From positions 19,784-83,783 of the forward strand of contig JBIKSI010000001.1 in NCBI GenBank assembly GCA_044348665.1: DNA of 64,000 nucleotides, written 5' to 3'. Position 1 is the stretch's first letter. Every line of letters starts with the position of its first letter. Positions 1 through 9,884 of this stretch are shown piece by piece. The position numbers were made by a program, and so were the translations under genes. The stretch comes from Crocinitomicaceae bacterium (GTDB lineage: Bacteria; Bacteroidota; Bacteroidia; Flavobacteriales_D; Crocinitomicaceae). The notes under the pieces are model-generated. The model was not told the origin of the DNA. It made no database searches and was given only the letters and a program-made list of their open reading frames with translations.

Positions 1-1
1 C

Positions 2-241
2 TATGGATACGTTTTGTTGCAGCAGAAAAATTACCAAGAAGCCTTAAATTATTTTGAAAAAGCATTAGCAATTAGTCCAAATGATAAGCACCTAATTGAA
101 CACAAAGGTGACGCCTTATTTTTCCTTTCCAAAATAGATGAGGCTTTAGTGTTATGGAAAAAAGCTAAGGAATTAGGGTCGTCTAATAAAGTTTTAAGTG
201 ATAAAATTGAAAAAAAGAAATATTATGAACCGCAGTATTAA
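2..241 (+). CDS. TPR-repeat protein, C-terminal fragment (gene begins upstream of the window)
   Basis: The reading frame is open to the 5' edge. YQEALNYFEKALAISPNDKHLIEHKGDALF and IDEALVLWKKAKELG fit the 34-aa TPR pattern. Confidence 0.7.
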   Translation, partial: YGYVLLQQKNYQEALNYFEKALAISPNDKHLIEHKGDALFFLSKIDEALVLWKKAKELGSSNKVLSDKIEKKKYYEPQY

Positions 242-1043
242 ACTTGTGTTTGCAAGTATATGCTTGGTTTTTACCTTGTTTTCTTGCTCAAAAAAAATAG
301 TTGGTGAGAATCTTGTCAAAGTTGAAAGAAAAAAAACAAGTGATTTGCTTGATGCTTTAGATAGTATTAGCCTAAATAAACCTACCTATTTTTATTCAAA
401 AATTTCAACGAGGTATACCGACACTTCTCAAAATGTTTCTTTTAAAACATCCATCCGATTGGTAAAAGATAGTGCTATAAATGCGCTCATAACTTTTGCA
501 TCTATTCCAATTGTAAACTCCATATTAACTCCAGATAGTTTAACAATTTTGAATAAAAAATCTAAATGTTTTACTAAAACAAAATTAAATTATATCAAAG
601 AGAATTTTGGAATCGCCTTTGATTATAAAAATGTTGAAGAAATCATTCTTGGTCTGCCACTTGCTTACGATGTCGAACAAAAGTATTTTCAAATTCATGA
701 TCCTTACAACTACATTATCTCCTCTCATCGAAAAAGGGAAATAAAAAAATCAGACAAAAAAGAAAAACTTCAAGATGATATTTTTATTAAATATTACATC
801 AACCAAGATTTAAAAAGTTTGTCTAAAATTGAGGTTGAAAGTATTGCAGATACTGCCAAAATTGAAGTTAATTTTATTGAGAGACAAGAAGTTTCTTCTT
901 ACTTAGTTCCTGATGAGGTGTTTATCAAAATTTATACTCCAAGAAATGTCATTGAAATTGACATGGAATATGAAAAAGTTGAAATTAATGTACCACAAAC
1001 GCTTTTTTTAGTTATTCCTGAAGGATATGAAGAATGTGAATAA
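225..1043 (+). CDS. DUF4292-like outer-membrane lipoprotein (possible LolA/LolB-fold protein)
   Basis: The internal ATG at 225 gives MNRSIKLVFASICLVFTLFSC, a lipoprotein signal with a lipobox Cys. The ORF-track start at 198 lies inside the upstream gene. Size and position between a TPR gene and an M23 gene match the Bacteroidota DUF4292 context as I remember it. Confidence 0.5.
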   Translation: MNRSIKLVFASICLVFTLFSCSKKIVGENLVKVERKKTSDLLDALDSISLNKPTYFYSKISTRYTDTSQNVSFKTSIRLVKDSAINALITFASIPIVNSILTPDSLTILNKKSKCFTKTKLNYIKENFGIAFDYKNVEEIILGLPLAYDVEQKYFQIHDPYNYIISSHRKREIKKSDKKEKLQDDIFIKYYINQDLKSLSKIEVESIADTAKIEVNFIERQEVSSYLVPDEVFIKIYTPRNVIEIDMEYEKVEINVPQTLFLVIPEGYEECE

Positions 1044-2328
1044 ATATCAGTTGTTTTTTGTTGCGATCTTTGTTGCAAATTTTTCTTTTGCTCAGAAGAG
1101 TACTGATAAATTAAAGAAAGAACAAGAACGTCTTGAAAAAAGCATAAAAAACACTAAAAATCTTCTTGATAAAACCAAAATTACCACAGAAGCTACTCTT
1201 AATGAATTAAAATTGATTGATCATCAGGTGAAATTTCGAGAGGAATTGTTGCTTAATTTCGATAATCAAATTCGAGGAACAGAATTAAAAATCGAACAGA
1301 AAAACAATCAGATTAAAGATCTTGAGAAAAAATTAATTCAACTTCGTGTTCAGTACAAAAAGTTGGTAATTTATGCCTATAAAAAACGGAGTAAGGATGC
1401 TAAAATGATGTATATTTTTTCTTCTAATTCATACTATGAGGCACTCAAAAGAAAAAAGTATTTGGATAAAATTGCCGAGATACAACGTAAACAGAAATTA
1501 ATTATTCTTCAACATAAAAAGTTGATCGCCAAGGAAAAAGGTGATTTGCTTTCTGAAAAAACTTACAAAGAACAAATTGCTTCTGAAAAAAGAAAAGAAA
1601 AGCAAGAAATTTTGAAAGACAAAGAGGTTCAAACAAAAACCTTGTCCCAGCTAAAAAATCAGGAAGCACAACTTTTAGCCAAAATTCAAAAGGACGAAGT
1701 TCAAAAAAACGAAGTTAGACGGAAAATTGACAATGCAATAGCAAACGAATTGGCTGCTCTGGAAAAGAAAAAGAAAAAACCAACTAAAAAACCGGATAAA
1801 CCAAGTGGTACTAAAAAAGAACCTAAGGAGACGAAGGAGCCAAAAACCACCAATGAAACCAAGGAGAATCTTACCTTAACTGAGCCAAAGGAGCTTGAGT
1901 TGAATTCTGGTTTTGAAAGTAATAAAGGGCGTTTACCCTGGCCTGTCTCCACTGGTACAATTACAGAATCTTATGGGAAAAATCCGCATCCTACCATTAA
2001 AAATGTATTTACAAACAACAATGGTATTGATATTAGTGCCAATAAGGGAGCACAGATTCGAGCTGTCTTTGAAGGGGAAGTTACTAGTGTGTTTGCTATC
2101 CCTGGTGCTGGAAAAGTGGTAATTATTAAACATGGAAATTACAGAACCGTTTATAGTAACTTGCAAGAAGCTTACGTGTCTGTTGGCTCAAAAGTTACTA
2201 CCAAACAAGCAATTGGTTCACTTGTTATCAAAGAAGATGAATCTTTGTCCGTTGCTCATTTTGAAATTCATCAAGTTATTGGTTCACAGGTAAATCGAAT
2301 GAATCCAAGCCTTTGGATTTCGAGGTAA
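1027..2328 (+). CDS. EnvC-like murein hydrolase activator / M23 (LytM) peptidase-domain protein
   Basis: Signal peptide (FVANFSFAQ), then about 230 aa of K/E/Q-rich coiled coil, then a K/P/T/E low-complexity linker. The C-terminal LytM-type domain reads GIDISANKGAQIRAVFEGEVTSV...GKVVIIKHGNYRTVYSNL...FEIH. Confidence 0.8.
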   Translation: MKNVNKYQLFFVAIFVANFSFAQKSTDKLKKEQERLEKSIKNTKNLLDKTKITTEATLNELKLIDHQVKFREELLLNFDNQIRGTELKIEQKNNQIKDLEKKLIQLRVQYKKLVIYAYKKRSKDAKMMYIFSSNSYYEALKRKKYLDKIAEIQRKQKLIILQHKKLIAKEKGDLLSEKTYKEQIASEKRKEKQEILKDKEVQTKTLSQLKNQEAQLLAKIQKDEVQKNEVRRKIDNAIANELAALEKKKKKPTKKPDKPSGTKKEPKETKEPKTTNETKENLTLTEPKELELNSGFESNKGRLPWPVSTGTITESYGKNPHPTIKNVFTNNNGIDISANKGAQIRAVFEGEVTSVFAIPGAGKVVIIKHGNYRTVYSNLQEAYVSVGSKVTTKQAIGSLVIKEDESLSVAHFEIHQVIGSQVNRMNPSLWISR

Positions 2329-2352
2329 TTCAGAGCGTTTGTTATGTTTTCG

Positions 2353-2424
2353 TAAGTCTAAAAATCTAACAATCTAGTAGTCTAATAATCTAGCAATCTT
2401 ACAATCTAATAATCTAAAATTCCA
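2353..2424. repeat. Nine tandem 8-bp units, consensus A-N-A-A-T-C-T-A, ending 5 nt before the M42 peptidase start codon
   Basis: Read directly from the sequence: taagtcta aaaatcta acaatcta gtagtcta ataatcta gcaatctt acaatcta ataatcta aaattcca. Confidence 0.9.
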
Positions 2425-2429
2425 AATAT

Positions 2430-3482
2430 ATGCAATTGAATACAAAATTATTGGCAGAAATCTGTACAACTCCGGGCGCCCCTGGTTTCGAACAAAAAGT
2501 TCGTGAATTGGTCATCAGAGAACTAACGCCTTATGTTGATCAAATTGAAATTGATAACATGGGAAATGTTTATACTATCAAAAAGGGCAAAGAGAATAAA
2601 CGTATAATGGTTGGCGCTCACATGGATGAAATTGGTTTCATGGTAACTCACATTGATGATAAAGGATTTATCCGTTTTCATACATTAGGTGGTTTTGATC
2701 CAAAAACATTAACTGCTCAACGTGTAATTGTGCATGGAAAAAAAGATATTATCGGTGTTATGGCTTCCAAACCAATACATGTTATGTCTCCAGACGAACG
2801 AAATAAAGTTGCCAAATTAAGTGATTATTTCATTGATACGGGTTTGACCAAAGAAGAGGTTTTAGAAAATATAAAAATAGGTGATCCGATTACACGAGAG
2901 CGCGAGTTTATTGAAATGGGTCAATGTGTGAATTCTAAATCGCTCGATAATCGTTTGGCGGTTTTTATTTTAATTGAAACCATGAAATCTCTCAAGGATA
3001 AAGAAGTTCCTTTTGATGTTTATGGTGTTTTTACTGTGCAAGAAGAAGTTGGAATTCGTGGAGCCAATGTTTCTGCCCTAAAGGTGAATCCTGATTTTGG
3101 TTTTGGTTTAGATACCACTATTGCTTTTGATTTACCTGGAGCAGCTGCACATGAAATGATTACCAAATTAGGTGATGGTACTGCCATAAAAATTATGGAT
3201 GCATCAACAATTTGTGATTATCGAATGGTGGATTTCATGAAAAAGACTGCTGAGAAAAATGGAATCAAGTGGCAAGCTGAAATTTTAACCGCTGGAGGCA
3301 CTGATACTGCTGGAATTCAACGTATGACACAGGGTGGTTCGATTACAGGAGCAATTTCAATTCCAACAAGGCATTTACATCAAGTTATTGAAATGGCACA
3401 TAAGGATGATATCACAGGCAGTATCGACTTATTAACAGCTTGCTTACATGAAATAGATACCTATGATTGGTCTTTTAAGTAA
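2430..3482 (+). CDS. M42 family metallopeptidase (glutamyl aminopeptidase / FrvX-like)
   Basis: LLAEICTTPGAPGFE, VGAHMDEIGFMVTHIDDKGFIRF, SKSLDNRLAVF, FTVQEEVGIRGA and IPTRHLHQVIE are typical M42 blocks. The 350-aa length also fits. Confidence 0.85.
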   Translation: MQLNTKLLAEICTTPGAPGFEQKVRELVIRELTPYVDQIEIDNMGNVYTIKKGKENKRIMVGAHMDEIGFMVTHIDDKGFIRFHTLGGFDPKTLTAQRVIVHGKKDIIGVMASKPIHVMSPDERNKVAKLSDYFIDTGLTKEEVLENIKIGDPITREREFIEMGQCVNSKSLDNRLAVFILIETMKSLKDKEVPFDVYGVFTVQEEVGIRGANVSALKVNPDFGFGLDTTIAFDLPGAAAHEMITKLGDGTAIKIMDASTICDYRMVDFMKKTAEKNGIKWQAEILTAGGTDTAGIQRMTQGGSITGAISIPTRHLHQVIEMAHKDDITGSIDLLTACLHEIDTYDWSFK

Positions 3483-3671
3483 TCCAATCTTTTTGAGCTC
3501 ATTGGTTTTTCTAGTTTTTTAGCATTATTTATTCTCTAAATGATTATTTTATAAATTGTTAATAAAGTAAATTTTTCAAATATTCATAATCCCTTTATTT
3601 AGAATAATTCTAAATTAATAAAAAAATCAATAAAATTGTCATAAAAATGTCATTACATTTGTTGATTATAC

Positions 3672-3679
3672 TAAATTTG
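3672..3679 (+). promoter_or_regulatory. Candidate Bacteroidota sigma-A -7 box (TAAATTTG) for the act-cox operon
   Basis: Matches TAnnTTTG 47 nt upstream of the actA ATG, inside a 244-bp AT-rich intergenic region. Confidence 0.45.
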
Positions 3680-3726
3680 CCAACGTCATAAAGTGTTTTT
3701 AGGACATAAGACAAAAAATATTTTAA

Positions 3727-5085
3727 ATGAAGATATCTATAAATCAGATGTTTAGAAGTATTAAAACATTATGTTTCAGTGCAGCAATAGTGTTGTTTTT
3801 GACTGGAACTTTCAAAGCGAACGCGCAAGGCGAAGCACTTTTTAAAGCAAAATGTGCTACTTGTCACCAACCACACAAAAATGGTACGGGACCAAAACTT
3901 TTTGAGGTACGTAAAAAATGGTCTGATGGTGGAGCAAAAGAAGGGTCAATTTACCAATGGGTAAACAATTGGTCTGCTGCTGCTGCATCTGATCCGTATG
4001 CTCAAACAGTTTCTACTTGGGCTCCAACTGCAATGAGTGTTTTTCCTGAGTTAAAGAAGGAAGAAATTGATGCAATTTTTGATTGGGTTGATGCTCAAGC
4101 TGATCCTGCTGCTGCAGGTCCTGCTGACGGTGGTGCTGCCCCAGTTGAAGGTGCAGCTGTTGAAGGCGAAGAGGAAGAAGGTAGTTCAACTTGGATTTGG
4201 TTAACTTTAGGGTTGATTTTTGCTATCATTATTGCAGCGGTTTCAGGTGTTCGTCGCCAGTTAAAATCTGCGGTAAATGAAAATGAAAACGGTGAAGATG
4301 ATTCGAAAAGCTATTTTGAAGAATTAAGAATTTGGCACTGGAAATACAAAAGATATGTAGGGGTTACCATTGTTGCCTTTGCCATCGCGATGATTGTAAC
4401 AGGTGTTCAAGGTCTTGGGAACATTGGAGTAGTTGAAGCATATCAACCTTCTCAACCAATTGCATTTCCTCATGATATCCACACTGGTGTTAATGGAATC
4501 GATTGCAAGTACTGTCATAATTCTGTTACAAAATCAAAATCTGCTGGAATTCCAACAGTGAATGTTTGTATGAATTGCCACAAACAAGTAAACGGTAGAA
4601 CTCCTGCTCAACAAGAACAAATTGCTAAAATTTATGATGCGGCAGGATGGTCAACTGAAGGTGCAGGATCTTACACTGGTAAGTCAAAGCCAATCAAATG
4701 GAATAAAGTACACGTTTTACCTGATCACGTTTATTTCAATCACTCTCAGCACGTTGTTGTTGGTGGATTAGATTGTAAACAATGTCATGGTGATATGACC
4801 AAACAAAAAGATGTTGCACGTGTAGTTCCAGTTTCAGAATTGAATAAAATTGAAGGTAATGTTCCATTGACAAAACCAACTTTAACTATGGGATGGTGTA
4901 TCGAATGTCACGGTGAGAAAGAAATTTCAGCTGGATCTTTAGATACAAAAAATGATGGATACTACAATGAAATTCACAGACGTTTAATGAACAACGACAA
5001 GACTTTATACAATCAATACCTTGAAGACGGTAAGGTTACAGTGAAAGAATTAGGTGGTTGGGAATGTGCAAAATGTCACTACTAA
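3727..5085 (+). CDS. actA: Alternative complex III subunit ActA, multihaem cytochrome c with an extra N-terminal monohaem domain
   Basis: Six CxxCH motifs: CATCH in the N-terminal domain, then CKYCH, CMNCH, CKQCH, CIECH and CAKCH. Has a signal peptide, an A/P/E-rich linker and one TM helix. It is the first gene of an act-ordered operon. Confidence 0.85.
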   Translation: MKISINQMFRSIKTLCFSAAIVLFLTGTFKANAQGEALFKAKCATCHQPHKNGTGPKLFEVRKKWSDGGAKEGSIYQWVNNWSAAAASDPYAQTVSTWAPTAMSVFPELKKEEIDAIFDWVDAQADPAAAGPADGGAAPVEGAAVEGEEEEGSSTWIWLTLGLIFAIIIAAVSGVRRQLKSAVNENENGEDDSKSYFEELRIWHWKYKRYVGVTIVAFAIAMIVTGVQGLGNIGVVEAYQPSQPIAFPHDIHTGVNGIDCKYCHNSVTKSKSAGIPTVNVCMNCHKQVNGRTPAQQEQIAKIYDAAGWSTEGAGSYTGKSKPIKWNKVHVLPDHVYFNHSQHVVVGGLDCKQCHGDMTKQKDVARVVPVSELNKIEGNVPLTKPTLTMGWCIECHGEKEISAGSLDTKNDGYYNEIHRRLMNNDKTLYNQYLEDGKVTVKELGGWECAKCHY

Positions 5086-5125
5086 GATAGCACAATTAAT
5101 AATATTACAGAAGGCTTAAAAGCAT

Positions 5126-8100
5126 ATGGAAATGAATAGAAAATATTGGAAAGGTCTTGAAGAGTTGAATGAAACTCCAGAGTTTTTACAACAAAGAGAC
5201 CAAGAGTTTCCTCAATCTATGTCTGTTGACGAATTTTTATCTGATGAAAATTTGAAGGAAACTTCAACGGCAAGAAGAGATTTCTTAAAATTTTTAGGAT
5301 TTAGTGTTGCCGCAGCAACTGTTGCAGCTTGTGAAGCACCAGTGGTGAAAGCAATTCCTTACGTAAATAAACCAGAAAACGTAACTCCAGGTATGCCAAC
5401 TTGGTATGCTTCTACCTATTATGATGGAGTTTCTTACGCAAGTATTTTGGTTAAGACACGTGAAGGTCGTCCAATTTTTATCAAAGGAAATAAGGATTTT
5501 GGTTTTACTAAAGGATCTACAAATCCTCAAATTATTGCTTCGGTTTTACCTTTATATGATTCTGCTAGACTAACCTCACCGACAATTAACGGGAAAGTAA
5601 AATCGTGGGCAGATGTTGATGGTGATATCAAATCTAAATTGAATGATATTATTGCTAAGAATGGAAAAGTTGTATTAGTTTCTAACTCAATTATTTCTCC
5701 TTCAACGCAATCAACTATTGAAGCGCTTAAAGCACATGTAAATAAAGGGAATGCAGAAGGTACTTCTTTTGAGCACATTCAATACGATGCTGTTTCTTAC
5801 GCTGGAATGCGTCAAGCCAACAAAGAGTCCTTTGGTTTAACATTGCGCAGAGATTTAGATACAAACGGTTTTATACCTGATTACGATTTTTCCAAAGCTA
5901 AAACTATCGTTTCAATAGGAGCTGATTTCTTGAGTACATGGTTACTTGCTACAGAATATCAAGCTCAATATGCTGTTAATAGAAATCCTGATAATGCTTG
6001 GATGTCTAAACATTTCCAGTTTGAGTCTATCATGTCAATCTCGGGATCTAATGCTGATTATCGTGGAATGATCAAACCATCAGAAGAAGCGAACGTATTG
6101 TCCTACTTGTTAAGCAAATTCGGAGTTAATTCTGGTGTTAGCACAAAATTGAATGAACAAGCTAAGAAAATTGCTGATTTAGCATTTGAATCTTTAAAAA
6201 GTTCTAAAGCTGAATCTCTAGTAGTTGCTGGTTCAAATAACAAAGCAGTTCAAATTCTTGCAAATAAATTAAACTCTGTTTTAGGTGCATATACCAAAAC
6301 AATAAACATTAATAATTGTGTTTCTCTTTTCGTTTCTGAAGATGAGAAAATGGAAAAATTTGTTGGAAATGTTCTTGCAGGTAAAGGTCCTGATGCTGTT
6401 TTCTTTTACGGTGTTAATCCTGTTTATACTTTGCCTAATGGCGATAAATTTGCTAAGTCTTTAAAAAATATTTTTTTATCGGTTTCATTATCGCAATATG
6501 CAGATGAAACTGCTACTAATTGTAAATACATCGCTCCAGATCACCATGCATTGGAATCTTGGAATGATTTTAATCCAAAAGAGAATCATTATTCAATTTC
6601 TCAACCAACTATCAGACCTTTACATAATACTGCTCAGGCTCAGGAATCTTTCTTGGTTTGGTCAGGTAAGGCTTCAAGAGGTGGGAAAGATTCAAAAGTA
6701 TTCTATGATTTAATTAAAAATAACTGGACTACTTTTGGTTTTGCTTTACAAACTGAATTCGCTGATACACACACGTATTGGAATATGATGATTCACAATT
6801 CATGTTCTGATATGCCAGCTGTTGCTCCTAGTGCTCCTGCATTTTTGGACGCTGCTTTAAGTGGTTTATCTTCGCAAATAAAAGCTAGTAAAGGTTTAGA
6901 GGTTGTATTGTATCAAAAAGCTGGAATAGGTATTGGTATTCAAGCAGCGAATCCTTGGTTACAAGAGTTACCAGATCCTGTTTCTAAAGTTACTTGGGAC
7001 AACTACATCACTATGAATCCTACAGAAATGAAGGATGCGAGTGGAAGTGATATTTATGCTACTAAATTTGATCAAGAGTCTGGTTTAAACATGGCTACTG
7101 TGAAAGTTTGTGGAACTGAATATAAATTACCTGTTTATCCATCTCCAGGTCAAGCTCCAGGAACAATTGGAATTGCCTTAGGATACGGAAGAGGTGCAAA
7201 CAATGAAAATATTGGTAACGCTGCTTTCCAAACGAAAGAATATGGTGGTTACGATGAAGATGAAAATGGTAATAAAAAACCAATTGGTCAAAATGCATTT
7301 AGAATGTCTTGTTTTGATAATGGTTCTTACTGTTTCTCTTGTGAAGGTACAATGACTAAAGTTGAAGGTGAAACATATTTGATTGCTGCTACGCAAATTC
7401 ATCATACGGTGATGGCGAGACGTTCAATCGTTCGTGAAACTACTTTAGATATCTTTAAAAATAAAGACAAAGAGGCATACAACCCTGCGTATATGCTTCA
7501 AACAATGAATGAAAAAGGTGAACACGTTTCTGAAGAAATGTCGAAATTTGATTTATGGGATGCTCATCCTGTAGAAAAAATTGGTCACCGTTGGGGAATG
7601 ACAATTGATCTTTCTTCTTGTATTGGCTGTGGTTCTTGTTTAGTAGCTTGTCAATCTGAAAACAACGTTCCTGTTGTTGGTAAAGATGAAGTTCGTAGAG
7701 GTCGTGAAATGCATTGGTTAAGAATAGATAGATATTTTGCATCAGAAGAAGAGGCTACTATTGGTTTAAGAAAAGATAAAGATACTTTTGATTATGCAAA
7801 AGCTGAAATTGCTGCTGAAAATCCAAAAGTAATTCACATGCCAATGATGTGTCACCATTGTAATCATGCTCCTTGTGAAACTGTTTGTCCAGTTGCTGCA
7901 ACAACGCATAGTAACGAAGGTTTAAATCAAATGGCTTACAACAGATGTATCGGTACGAGATATTGTGCTAACAACTGTCCTTATAAAGTGAGAAGATTTA
8001 ACTGGTTCAACTATCCATCTTACAAAAAATTCACACAAGTGAATCCTGCACAAGATGACTTAGGGCGTATGGTATTAAACCCAGATGTTACAGTTAGAAC

Positions 8101-8455
8101 TCGTGGTGTGATGGAAAAATGTTCTTTCTGTGTTCAAAAAATACAAGCTGGAAAATTAGTTGCTAAGAAAGAAGGTAGACCAGTAGTTGATGGAGATGTT
8201 ACTACAGCTTGTTCGGATGTTTGTCCAACAAATGCAATCACAGTAGGTGACTGGAACGACATCAAATCCATGGTTAGAAAAAGTGCAGACGATAAGAGAT
8301 CATATCAAGCTCTAGAAGAGGTAGGTGTTAAACCAAATGTTTGGTACAAAGTGAAAGTAAGAAACGAAAACAATGCTGATTTGAAAAAATTACAAGTTGT
8401 TGAAACTACAGCTCACCACGGTGCTGAAAAGATAGATAAAAAAGCTCATCATTAA
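5126..8455 (+). CDS. actB: Alternative complex III subunit ActB (molybdopterin-oxidoreductase-like domain fused to a 4-cluster Fe-S domain)
   Basis: Twin-arginine signal ARRDFLKFLGFSVAAATVAAC. Ferredoxin-type motifs CIGCGSCLVACQSEN, CHHCNHAPCETVCP, CIGTRYCANNCPYKVRRF and CSFCVQK...CSDVCPTNA. 1109 aa. Confidence 0.9.
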   Translation: MEMNRKYWKGLEELNETPEFLQQRDQEFPQSMSVDEFLSDENLKETSTARRDFLKFLGFSVAAATVAACEAPVVKAIPYVNKPENVTPGMPTWYASTYYDGVSYASILVKTREGRPIFIKGNKDFGFTKGSTNPQIIASVLPLYDSARLTSPTINGKVKSWADVDGDIKSKLNDIIAKNGKVVLVSNSIISPSTQSTIEALKAHVNKGNAEGTSFEHIQYDAVSYAGMRQANKESFGLTLRRDLDTNGFIPDYDFSKAKTIVSIGADFLSTWLLATEYQAQYAVNRNPDNAWMSKHFQFESIMSISGSNADYRGMIKPSEEANVLSYLLSKFGVNSGVSTKLNEQAKKIADLAFESLKSSKAESLVVAGSNNKAVQILANKLNSVLGAYTKTININNCVSLFVSEDEKMEKFVGNVLAGKGPDAVFFYGVNPVYTLPNGDKFAKSLKNIFLSVSLSQYADETATNCKYIAPDHHALESWNDFNPKENHYSISQPTIRPLHNTAQAQESFLVWSGKASRGGKDSKVFYDLIKNNWTTFGFALQTEFADTHTYWNMMIHNSCSDMPAVAPSAPAFLDAALSGLSSQIKASKGLEVVLYQKAGIGIGIQAANPWLQELPDPVSKVTWDNYITMNPTEMKDASGSDIYATKFDQESGLNMATVKVCGTEYKLPVYPSPGQAPGTIGIALGYGRGANNENIGNAAFQTKEYGGYDEDENGNKKPIGQNAFRMSCFDNGSYCFSCEGTMTKVEGETYLIAATQIHHTVMARRSIVRETTLDIFKNKDKEAYNPAYMLQTMNEKGEHVSEEMSKFDLWDAHPVEKIGHRWGMTIDLSSCIGCGSCLVACQSENNVPVVGKDEVRRGREMHWLRIDRYFASEEEATIGLRKDKDTFDYAKAEIAAENPKVIHMPMMCHHCNHAPCETVCPVAATTHSNEGLNQMAYNRCIGTRYCANNCPYKVRRFNWFNYPSYKKFTQVNPAQDDLGRMVLNPDVTVRTRGVMEKCSFCVQKIQAGKLVAKKEGRPVVDGDVTTACSDVCPTNAITVGDWNDIKSMVRKSADDKRSYQALEEVGVKPNVWYKVKVRNENNADLKKLQVVETTAHHGAEKIDKKAHH

Positions 8456-8475
8456 TTAGAATAAAATAGGTCGAA

Positions 8476-9876
8476 ATGCATAAGGAATCAGCAATAAGAG
8501 AACCTCTAATTTTAGGTCATAAAACGTATCACCAAATTACGGAAGACGTTTGTAAACCTATCGAGGATAAGGCACCAAGACAATGGTATGTTTTGTTTGC
8601 AATCGCATTGATAATCGGACTTTACGGAGTTGGTTGTATCATGTATTTATTAGGTACAGGTATCGGTGTTTGGGGATTAAACAAAACAATTGGTTGGGCT
8701 TGGGATATCACTAACTTCGTTTGGTGGGTAGGTATTGGTCACGCCGGAACATTAATTTCTGCGGTACTTTTACTTTTCAGACAAAAATGGAGAATGGCTA
8801 TTAACCGTTCTGCGGAAGCGATGACAATTTTCGCCGTTTTTATGGCGGGAACATTTCCATTGATTCACATGGGTCGTTTGTGGTTAGGATATTGGGTGTT
8901 CCCTTTACCAAATCAATTTGGATCCTTGTGGGTTAACTTTAACTCTCCATTACTTTGGGACGTGTTTGCAATTTCAACTTACCTTTCTGTATCCTTAATT
9001 TTCTGGTACATTGGGTTGATTCCTGATTTTGCAACCTTAAGAGATAGAGTAAAAAGACCTATCCCAAAGAAAATGTATTCTATTTTATCTTTTGGATGGT
9101 CTGGAAGAGCGAAAAACTGGAATCGTTTTGAGTTAGTATCTTTGGTTTTAGCTGGTGTAGCTACTCCTCTTGTATTCTCGGTTCACTCCATTGTATCATT
9201 TGACTTTGCTACCTCTGTTATTCCGGGATGGCATACAACAATTTTCCCTCCATATTTCGTTGCTGGTGCGGTATTCTCTGGTTTCGCAATGGTTCAAACC
9301 TTGATGTTGGTAATGAGAAAAGCCATGCGTTTAGAGGCATACATACACACAAGACACGTTGAATATATGAACATTGTAATCATGGTTACAGGTTCTATCG
9401 TTGGTACAGCATATATCACAGAGTTATTTATCTCATGGTATTCTGGTGTTGAATATGAGGCGTATGCATTTATAAACAGAGCAACTGGTCCTTACTGGTG
9501 GGCATATTGGTCAATGATGACATGTAACGTAATTTCTCCTCAATTAATGTGGATTCGACCATTGAGAAGAAGTTTATATTTTACATTCTTTATTTCAATT
9601 GTTGTAAACATCGGGATGTGGTTTGAAAGATATGTAATTATCGTTTCTTCTATACACAGAGATTATTTGCCATCTTCATGGTCTATGCATTACCCAAGTC
9701 ACATTGATATTGGTGTATATATCGGAACAATTGGATTATTCTTTGTTTTCTTCTTATTGTTTGCTAGATTCTTCCCAGTCTTACCAATTGCTGAGTTGAA
9801 AACAATATTAAAATCTTCAGGTGAGTCTTACAAAAATGCACCTGATACGCATCACGATAATTCTAATCATCATTAA
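8476..9876 (+). CDS. actC: Alternative complex III subunit ActC (NrfD/PsrC-like polytopic quinol-binding membrane protein)
   Basis: About 10 predicted TM helices. The WAWDITNFVWWVGIGHAGTLISA block is NrfD-like. It sits directly after actB. Confidence 0.85.
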   Translation: MHKESAIREPLILGHKTYHQITEDVCKPIEDKAPRQWYVLFAIALIIGLYGVGCIMYLLGTGIGVWGLNKTIGWAWDITNFVWWVGIGHAGTLISAVLLLFRQKWRMAINRSAEAMTIFAVFMAGTFPLIHMGRLWLGYWVFPLPNQFGSLWVNFNSPLLWDVFAISTYLSVSLIFWYIGLIPDFATLRDRVKRPIPKKMYSILSFGWSGRAKNWNRFELVSLVLAGVATPLVFSVHSIVSFDFATSVIPGWHTTIFPPYFVAGAVFSGFAMVQTLMLVMRKAMRLEAYIHTRHVEYMNIVIMVTGSIVGTAYITELFISWYSGVEYEAYAFINRATGPYWWAYWSMMTCNVISPQLMWIRPLRRSLYFTFFISIVVNIGMWFERYVIIVSSIHRDYLPSSWSMHYPSHIDIGVYIGTIGLFFVFFLLFARFFPVLPIAELKTILKSSGESYKNAPDTHHDNSNHH

Positions 9877-9884
9877 TAAAAATC

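Noticed and set aside
1780-1900. Five AAGGAG strings that look like Shine-Dalgarno sites, plus the antisense ORFs 1701..1952 and 1933..2166
   Set aside because: The AAGGAG strings are simply Lys-Glu codon pairs in the KEPKETKEPK linker of the EnvC-like protein. The antisense ORFs lie inside that gene and have no support.
2353-2424. The octamer array considered as a CRISPR or minisatellite mobile-element end
   Set aside because: The units are contiguous 8-mers with no spacers, and there are no flanking inverted repeats or transposase. It is kept as a plain tandem repeat.
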